A stretch of 64,000 nucleotides of DNA, taken from assembly GCF_009914755.1 (NCBI RefSeq), contig NC_060926.1, one strand, 5' to 3'. A model generated the notes under the pieces. That model worked only from the letters and a program-made list of their open reading frames with translations, was not told the DNA's origin and searched no databases. The position numbers and the translations under genes were made by a program. This stretch comes from the human T2T-CHM13v2.0 reference genome, Homo sapiens. This document shows, piece by piece, positions 55,401 to 64,000 of this stretch (position 1 is its first letter; the number at the start of each line of letters is the position of its first letter).

Positions 55401-58400
55401 TATTAAATCTGTCACACAAGAAGACATTCAGAAGGGAGATGTTAGTTCTGTCAGATACAGATTTGAAACTCAGCCACTGGATCAGATTTCTGAAGAATCA
55501 CATAATATTATGCCCAGTATTGACCATATACAAGGTGGCAATGTAAAGACAAGTAGACAATTCTTTGAGTCTGAAAATTTTGATAAGAATAACTATATAC
55601 GAACAGTAAGTGTCAATGAAATACAAAAGGGCAATGTTAAAACATCTACTTGGCTATTTGAAACCCACACTATGGATGAACTGAGAGGAGAAGGGTTAGA
55701 ATATGAAAATATCAAGACAGTCACTCAGGAAGATGTGCAGAAAGGTGATGTTAAGCAGGCTGTGTGGCTTTTTGAAAATCGAACTTTCGATTCTATTATG
55801 GAAGCACATAAAGGTATCACAAAAATGACCAAGGAAGAAATCCCTCCTTCTGATGTCAAAACAACCACATGGCTCTTTGAAACAACACCACTTCATGAAT
55901 TTAATGAAACTAGAGTAGAAAAGATAGAAATTATTGGCAAGAGCATTAAAGAAACCTTAGAAGATCTCTACTCTCAAAAAGTTATCCAGGCTCCTGGAAT
56001 CATCATTGAAGCTGATGAAATAGGGGATGTTCGAATGGCAAAATACAAGCTAATGAACCAAGCATCTCCTGAGATACAGAAAGAAGAAATTATCAGGGCT
56101 GATCTCAGAAATATAATGGTGAACCTACTTTCCAAAAGGGACTGTACTGAAAGAGAGATTTTGATTAGTGAAGAAGAGAAGGGAAATGTTAATTTGACTA
56201 AAACTCAATTATTAAACAGATCAACTGAATTTCATGCTGAAAAAGAAGAGATAGTGAAAGGTGATGTACAACAAGCAATAAAAAACCTGTTCTCTGAGGA
56301 AAGATCTGTAAAGAAAGGCATCTTAATTCAGGAAGATGAAAAAGGAGATATTAACATGACTATCTATTGTCTTCTTCATGAAAATGATGGTGACACAATT
56401 GAGCGTGAAGAAGTAATAGGTGGTGATGTCAAACGTACCATTCATAATTTATTGTCTTCCACATCAAACAATAAAATATCTGAAAGGGCTAAAATTGATG
56501 CCTCTGAGAGAGGAAATGTTCAGTTTTTCACAACCTGCATAGAAGCTGGAGCTTTGGATTATCTGAAACAACTCCACACAGAGTCAAATGAAACACTGAC
56601 AGCTAAGAAACAAGAAGGAGAGAAAGAAATCATTGGTGGTGATGTTGAAGGTACAAAACTGTTACTGAAGAAAAGGCAGTCTCTGGTTGAACATACTGTT
56701 AGTGAAACTGACATCATCCCTGGAGATGTGCATAACACAGTTAAGGTTTTTATGACCGAGCCTCAGAGTACATTTGGTAAGATACCCAAAGAAGAGATTA
56801 TAAAAGGTGATTTGACATCAACCCTAAATTCCCTCAGCCAGGCTGTAAATCAGAAAACAGTGACGAAAACAGAAGAAATTATAAAAGGTAACATGCTAGC
56901 CACACTCAAGTCACTTAAAGAATCAAGCCATCGATGGAAAGAATCTAAACAGCCTGATGCCATCCCTGGTGATATTGAAAAAGCTATTGAATGCCTTGAA
57001 AAAGCTACAAATACAAAGACAGAAATTCTGAAAAAGGAGCTTCTCAAAGATGACCTGGAAACATCACTAAGGTCTTTGAAAGAAGCACAAAGAAGTTTCA
57101 AAGAGGTACATAAAGAAGGTGTAATAAAAAAAGATGCTAAAGCTGTGATGGCAGGATCCTCGGGAGAGCAGAAAACAGATATTCATCAGGTTGCTGTCCA
57201 GAGGAACAAAAATAGTCTTCTTCAGCCAAAGCCAGGTCCATTTGAGCCAGCAGCCAAGTGGCAAGGGGGAGCAGATACTCTCAGTCAAACTATGGGGAAA
57301 TCTTGCCATGGCAGTTTAGTAGAAGAAAGAACTGAGGTTAATCTTCCAAAAGCCCCCAAAGGCACTGTAAAGATTGTCATAGATCGTGAACAAAACAATG
57401 ATGCTCTGGAGAAAAGCCTTAGAAGACTATCTAATTCACACCATAAATCTAATGTTTTGGAATCAGGAGACAAAACGGGTGTCTGGACTGATACTACAGG
57501 AGAACAGCATCTTAGAGATGAATATATGAGCAGACAATTAACTTCAACTGTGTCAGTTAAGAATAATCTAACAACTAAAGAATCAGATAGGGCAGTGAGA
57601 GAGCTGAAGAAGGATGATGTCTTTAATTCCATCCAATCTGCTGGTAAAACCGTTGGAAAGCAACAGACATATGAACTGAGAAATGACCACCAGAAAATGG
57701 AGGGTTTTCATATAAAGAGTCCTAAAAAGACCAAAAATATTAAAATATTAACTGATACCCAAAGCTCCAAGCCCAGTCCCACCCAGCATCCAGTCAGCAT
57801 GCCAGTTGGAGGAACTTACGACCTTTCAGGGGACTTTCAGAAGCAAACTTTGTTAAAGCAAGAAACAAAATATTCTAATAAGGATATAAAGAAAAAGAAT
57901 ATAAACCTTCAACCAATGTGGCAGCTTTTGCCTGTAGAGCAAGACACATCCAATGTAACAGAAATGAAAGTCTCTGAAAAAAGTCACAATACATTTAAGG
58001 CAACCAACAAAAAGCAGGAGACTGATGTTCACTTGAAAAGCCAGGACTTTCTAATGAAAACAAATACTTCCACAGGCTTAAAAATGGCAATGGAAAGGTC
58101 CTTGAATCCAATCAACTTTAACCCTGAGAATAATGTAAAAGAAAGTGAGTGCCCCCTTCCACCTCCATCTCCACCTCCTCCACCACCTTCTAATGCATCA
58201 TCTGAAATTGAATTTCCTCTTCCTCCTCCACCTCCTTTGATGATGTTTCCTGAAAAAAATGGGTTTCTTCCCTCACTGTCCACAGAGAAGATAAAGGCTG
58301 AATTTGAAAGTTTTCCAGGCCTCCCTCTTCCTCCACCTCCAGTAGATGAGAAATCTGAAAGAGAAAGTTCATCGATTTTTCTGCCGCCTCCTCCTCCTCC

Positions 58401-61400
58401 AACTCCATCTCAAAAGCCAGCACATCTCCTTTCCTCCTCTGCTCCGGAAAAGCACAGTGGAGACTTCATGCAACAATATTCCCAAAAAGAAGCCTCGAAC
58501 TCTCAGAATTCTCAGGCTAAAATCATAACAGGAAAAACCGGTGTGTTGCCACCTCCCACATTGCCCAAACCCAAACTTCCCAAGCATATAAAAGATAATA
58601 AGAACGATTTTTCCCCCAAAGTTGAACTGGCAACCTCCCTGTCAGATATGGAATGTAAAATTACTACCTCAAAGGATCAGAAAAAAGTAATGGTGATGAC
58701 CAGCAGTGAACACACGGAGACAAAGCAGAACGTTATTAGTAAGAGTCTTGATGAAAGAAAACAATTATCTATTGACTCTGCAAACTGTCTCTCACACACA
58801 GTTCCAGGAACTTCAGCACCCAGGAAAAAACAGATTGCGCCTCTTATAAAATCTCATTCATTTCCAGAGAGTTCAGGACAACAAAATCCAAAACCTTATA
58901 TGAGAAAATTTAAGACACCTTTAATGATTGCTGAAGAAAAATATAGACAACAAAAAGAAGAAATTGAAAAACAGAAACAGGAGAGTTCTTACTACAACAT
59001 TGTTAAAACTCAAAGCCAAAATCAACACATAACAGAGGTGGAAAAGGAAATGCCATTACAAAAAACCAATGAGGAGGTTTCCCTATCTGGAATTGATTCA
59101 GAATGCACTGTGGTTCAACCCAGCCCAGGCTCTCAAAGTAATGCTCGGATACTAGGAGTGTGTTCTGATAACCAACTCTCCACAACATCGCCAGAAACAG
59201 TCGCTGCCAAGAGGCTCCACCATGTTTTAGCAGCTTCAGAAGACAAAGATAAGATGAAAAAGGAAGTTTTACAAAGCTCAAGGGACATTATGCAATCCAA
59301 ATCAGCTTGCGAAATTAAACAAAGTCACCAAGAATGTAGTACCCAACAAACACAACAGAAGAAGTATTTGGAGCAGTTGCACTTGCCCCAAAGCAAACCA
59401 ATTTCCCCAAATTTCAAAGTTAAAACCATCAAACTTCCAACTCTAGATCATACATTAAATGAAACAGACCACAACTATGAAAGTCATAAACAGCAATCTG
59501 AGATTGATGTTCAAACCTTTACCAAAAAACAATATCTGAAAACCAAGAAAACTGAAGCAAGCACTGAATGTAGTCATAAGCAATCTCTGGCTGAAAGACA
59601 TTATCAGTTACCTAAGAAGGAGAAAAGAGTGACAATACAATTGCCTACAGAATCCATACAGAAGAACCAGGAAGATAAGCTCAAGATGGTTCCCAGGAAG
59701 CAAAGAGAATTTAGCGGATCTGACAGAGGGAAACTTCCAGGAAGTGAAGAAAAAAATCAGGGACCATCAATGATTGGTCGAAAAGAAGAGAGATTAATAA
59801 CTGAAAGAAAACACGAACATCTGAAGAATAAATCAGCACCAAAGGTCGTCAAGCAAAAGGTTATCGATGCACATCTTGATTCACAGACTCAGAATTTTCA
59901 GCAAACACAAATACAGACCGCTGAAAGTAAAGCTGAACATAAAAAATTGCCCCAGCCATATAATAGTCTGCAGGAAGAAAAATGTCTCGAAGTCAAGGGC
60001 ATACAAGAGAAACAAGTCTTCTCTAATACTAAAGATTCAAAGCAAGAGATTACACAGAACAAATCTTTCTTTTCCTCTGTGAAAGAATCCCAGCGGGATG
60101 ATGGAAAAGGTGCCTTAAATATAGTGGAATTCTTGAGAAAACGTGAAGAACTGCAACAGATTTTGTCGAGAGTGAAACAGTTTGAAGCAGAGCCAAATAA
60201 AAGTGGCCTTAAAACATTTCAGACACTATTAAATACTATCCCAGGATGGCTGATAAGTGAAGATAAGAGAGAATATGCAGTTCACATTGCCATGGAGAAT
60301 AATTTAGAAAAAGTAAAAGAAGAAATAACACATATTAAAACTCAAGCGGAAGATATGCTTGTGTCCTATGAAAATATAATTCAGACAGCCATGATGTCCT
60401 CCAAAACAGGAAAACCGGGAAATAAACCCACTAGTCTTGATGAAACATCATCCAAAGTATCTAATGTTCATGTCAGCAATAATAAAAATAGTGAACAGAA
60501 AGAAAATAAAATTGCCAAAGAGAAAACAGTACAGCACCAAGTAACAGCTCATCATGAAGCAACTGTTCGTAGTCACGTGAAAACCCATCAGGAAATTAAA
60601 CTTGATGATAGCAACATTCCTCCTCCCTCTTTAAAAACACGCCCACCGTCACCAACTTTTATCACAATAGAATCTACTGCCCGACGAACAGAAAACCCTA
60701 CTAAGAACGAGCTTTCTCAGTCCCCTAAAAAGGACAGTTATGTTGAACCCCCACCAAGAAGGCCCATGTCGCAAAAATCTGAAATTCACAGAGCAAACAC
60801 TTCCCCTTCTCCACCCAGGAGTCGCTCTGAACAACTTGTCAGACTCAAAGACACCACTGCAAAGTTATCCAAAGGGGCCGTCCCATGTCCAGCAGCAACC
60901 CCGGTTCCAATTGTAGAGAAGAGGTCTGAAATCATCATGTCTCCTGCAACACTTCGTCGTCAAATTAAGATAGAAACTCGTGGTAGGGACTCTCCACCTA
61001 CAATCACAATACCAGTAAATATAAATCATGCTGCTAGTGGTTCCTTCAGAGAATCTGTGGACGCTCAAGAGGAAATCAGGAAAGTGGAGAAGAGAGCTAC
61101 TTATGTTCATAAAGATGGACTAAATTCCACTGATCACATGGTGCCCGACACTGAAAGTTATGATGCAGTTGAAATCATCCGCAAGGTTGCAGTGCCTCCT
61201 CGCCTGTCAGAGCACACACAGAGATATGAAGCGGCCAACCGAACTGTTCAAATGGCTGAAAATTTCGTGAATGACCCTGAAAATGAAATAAACAGATGGT
61301 TCAGGGAATTTGAGCATGGCCCAGTTTCTGAAGCAAAGTCAAATAGAAGAGTTTATGCAAAGGGAGAAACAAACCATAACATACAACAAGAAAGTCGTAC

Positions 61401-61846
61401 ATTTTGTAAGGAGGAATTTGGATTAACATCTTTAGGAAACACGAGTTTTACAGACTTTTCTTGCAAACATCCTAGAGAACTGCGAGAAAAGATTCCTGTT
61501 AAGCAGCCCAGGATCTGCTCTGAAACCAGGTCTCTAAGTGAACATTTCTCAGGCATGGATGCATTTGAGAGTCAAATTGTTGAGTCGAAGATGAAAACCT
61601 CTTCATCACATAGCTCAGAAGCTGGCAAATCTGGCTGTGACTTCAAGCATGCCCCACCAACCTATGAGGATGTCATTGCTGGACATATTTTAGATATCTC
61701 TGATTCACCTAAAGAAGTAAGAAAAAATTTTCAAAAGACGTGGCAGGAGAGTGGAAGAGTTTTTAAAGGCCTGGGATATGCAACCGCAGATGCTTCTGCA
61801 ACTGAGATGAGAACCACCTTCCAAGAGGAATCTGCATTTATAAGTG
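52468..61846 (+). CDS. XIRP2: XIRP2 giant coding exon, 9379 nt (~3126 codons): Xin-repeat array, proline-rich regions and long C-terminal region
   Basis: Uninterrupted 3135-aa ORF (52447-61854) with Xin repeats of consensus GDVxxxxWxFETQPLD. Acceptor ttttctctcccctaaAG ends at 52467 (TESEYEE...); donor AGTG|GTAAAT at 61847; phase 0 to 1. Confidence 0.98.
52639..52665 (+). other. XIRP2: EEFPPPPPD: Ena/VASP EVH1-domain ligand motif
   Basis: Matches the class I EVH1 consensus (D/E)FPPPPx(D/E); Xin proteins are known Mena/VASP binders. Confidence 0.75.
52900..55896 (+). repeat. XIRP2: Array of 28 Xin actin-binding repeats (protein-level repeat)
   Basis: Counted by eye from [16 protein letters not shown] to [16 protein letters not shown]; each unit has a G-D/N-V-x6-F-E-T/N/S core (first position sometimes varies) at ~35-40 aa spacing. 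Confidence 0.93.
58150..58587 (+). other. XIRP2: Proline-rich region ending in [13 protein letters not shown] (58549-58587), SH3 ligand
   Basis: Several poly-Pro runs are visible in the translation. [13 protein letters not shown] is, as I recall, the XIRP2 peptide reported to bind nebulin/nebulette SH3 domains. Confidence 0.75.
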
Positions 61847-63930
61847 GTAAATGAGCTTGCAATGTGTTAAAGAAGATTAACCATTTAAAGGCATGTGTTC
61901 CATAGCCAAAATGATGTACAGTTAAAAAGAGTGCGTGGAAACAACCAAACAATATAACCTAAAACTAACAGCTTCCCATGTATGCTTATAGACTCTTTAT
62001 ATGCTTGCTTTTACAACATTCTTTTCACAAAAGCATAGAGTATGATTTACTTGCACTGTGTGAGAATAACAAATACTATTATACAGATTACTGGGACATA
62101 TTTGTCAAGGTAAATAAGGCTTTGGATAAAGCAACAGGTATAGCAATAATTTTATTTCATGCAATTATTCTAGACAATAATAAATAATATCCTTTGGCCT
62201 AATATTGACATATTTTTAACTGCCAGGTTTAAATGATATTTGCATTGAGTTCAATACAGACTGATAGAAGTCTGAGACACAATTTACATTCTTCATGTGT
62301 GCTTTAGTATTTTTATTGATCTGTATCTCTGACAAAAGTGTGGGTGTGGAATTAGACCTTTTATATATTCAACTATTGCTACTGAGTTGGATAGAGTTAG
62401 TTTTCTCTGATGCCACATTTTTTTCTAACTGATTTTTTTCGCTTTTCTAAAAAATAAACTAAATCACTGCTCAATCAACCTCATTCACAAATGAGCGTAA
62501 ACAATACATTTAAAAATTTTGATTTTATTTGGAAGGAGGGAGGTTTAAATCATATGGACTTAGTACATGATTTTTAACATCAAAGAACAGCTCATTTCCC
62601 TACTTCTTGCAATTAATGAGGCTTCATGATAAAAGAATTTTATATAATTAATGTGCATCATTAGTTTAGTCCATTCTTTTAGACAGATTGAAAGAAATAG
62701 CAAGCTTAAAAATAAAAACTGCTGAAACTAATAATTATGCCTCCATCATATTTGCAACATATGTGTCTAGTTTATCAGGTTAATATGGTTCTTAATGTGC
62801 TTGCTTCTGGCATAATTAAGCAAAGCTGTCTAATTAATTTCAAATACTCAGCTTCTGTTAAGATAGCTCAAAAACACATAGAACATACAAAGAAACTTGT
62901 GATAAACATAAAAATGTGTCCTCTACTAGAACCAAATAAGCAAAGGAGTTCACTCAGTGGCCCAGATTGACCATCTAGGCACTAAAGTAGATATAATTAT
63001 TTGTATAATGGAACCTGAGCATATTTTCTTTTATAAATAACTAATACCAAAGCTTAGTCATTCTCACAGGATCGCTGTGAGGACAAAAAGCAATTCTGAA
63101 GTGAAAGTTCTGTGTTAGTTTTAAACCACTATACAAACACTGGTTAGTAATAGAACCACTATTATTCATAGAGGCTAACATTTACAGGAAAGCCACAGGA
63201 AGTGAGCATAGGTGCTTTAGAGGAGCAAGAAAAGATGTAGGAAAACTACATAAGCAGATGCGAGAATCCAAAAAGCTCCACAATCTAAAGCCAGTTAGAT
63301 TGAGGACAAATGACCCTGAGCATTTTACTGTGTTCAGGAGTCTCATTGCATTACAATTAAGAGTTGGTATCTTACAGTCAACTCTAAGTCATCAAGAAAA
63401 TATTGAAGCAAATACAGTGTCCTTGGCTTAAAAAACATATGTATTTTAGAAAGATCTATCTAAAATGCTTTAAGAAGTAAAAACTTTTGACCAGCTTAGG
63501 TACAAGCCTTTATATATAGGGAAAACTCAATTACCTACAATGATAAGTTATCTCAGAGCTCCCCATTGCTGAGTATTTTATATGTATATATATATAAAAA
63601 ATATACTCACATATATGCACATATATATGTTTGTAATGTACTTATATGTCTAATGAACATATTTTACTCATGTATGTTTTTTTAAATCATAAATGTCTAC
63701 TCGTACAATCTATAAATGGTAGAAGCACTAGAGTAATGTAGACCATCCTAGCAGACCGTTAAACCTGATGATAGGTTAGTCTCTGTCCAGAGAAACATCA
63801 TAAGGACAGTAGTCTTAGAGCTTTTCTACTTTAACCGCATGGCCAGTTAATATGTGTTTTTGTTTTGTTATGTTTTTACAATATGATTGAAGATAACACT
63901 ACAGAAGGCTTTGTAAATTTTTATTTTTAG

Positions 63931-64000
63931 AAGCTGCTGCTCCAAGACAAGGAAATATGTATACTTTGTCAAAAGACAGTTTATCCAATGGAGTGCCTAG
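63931..64000 (+). CDS. XIRP2: XIRP2 downstream exon (cut by the window end), dual-frame: (E)[22 protein letters not shown] after the giant exon, or [23 protein letters not shown] (LIM start) after skipping it
   Basis: Acceptor tttttatttttAG ends at 63930. Both frames are open over the 70 visible nt; CxxC codons at 63958 and 63967 in the phase-0 frame. Confidence 0.9.

Noticed and set aside
53000-55900. Regularly spaced TTTGAAAC-like DNA repeats that might suggest a CRISPR-like array
   Set aside because: They are the F-E-T codons of Xin repeats in an open eukaryotic frame, with synonymous variation and no cas genes.
53290-61292. At least nine AATAAA hexamers inside the giant exon
   Set aside because: Mostly explained by Asn-Lys codons and A-rich composition; no evidence of use from sequence alone.
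52966-61952. Many 60-115 aa antisense and alternative-frame ORFs within the giant exon
   Set aside because: Expected shadows of a long biased coding sequence; no recognisable domains or splice support.
63921-63930. MEF2-consensus TTATTTTTAG
   Set aside because: Fully explained as the polypyrimidine tract plus AG of the splice acceptor.

Overview
Hominoid, almost certainly human, genomic DNA (AT-rich introns, AluJ/S/Y, an L1PA2-type insertion, MIR/L2/MaLR relics). The window holds the middle of XIRP2 (Xin actin-binding repeat containing 2) on the + strand. There are five small coding exons (20747-20907, 28074-28208, 49755-49865, 50564-50636, 51676-51809), one giant 9379-nt exon (52468-61846) with 28 Xin repeats and proline-rich SH3/EVH1 ligands, and the start of the next exon (63931 to the window end). 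All splice junctions are GT-AG and the phases join into one open frame. The most striking feature is that the giant exon is 3n+1 long, so the downstream exon is read in two frames: a short tail when the giant exon is included, and the start of an EPLIN/LIMA1-like LIM domain when it is skipped. That short isoform is already known. Other points of interest are a second, degenerate Xin-like repeat array, a higher-order periodicity in the Xin array, an apparently divergent missense haplotype, a sense L1PA2 fragment with an open ORF2 C-terminus, close inverted Alu pairs and a MEF2/TEAD/AP-1 motif cluster. I see no prokaryote-type system (CRISPR etc.) and cannot support a wholly new biological system here. 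Repeat subfamily names, exon numbers and variant names come from my recall of consensus sequences and annotations, not from a search.
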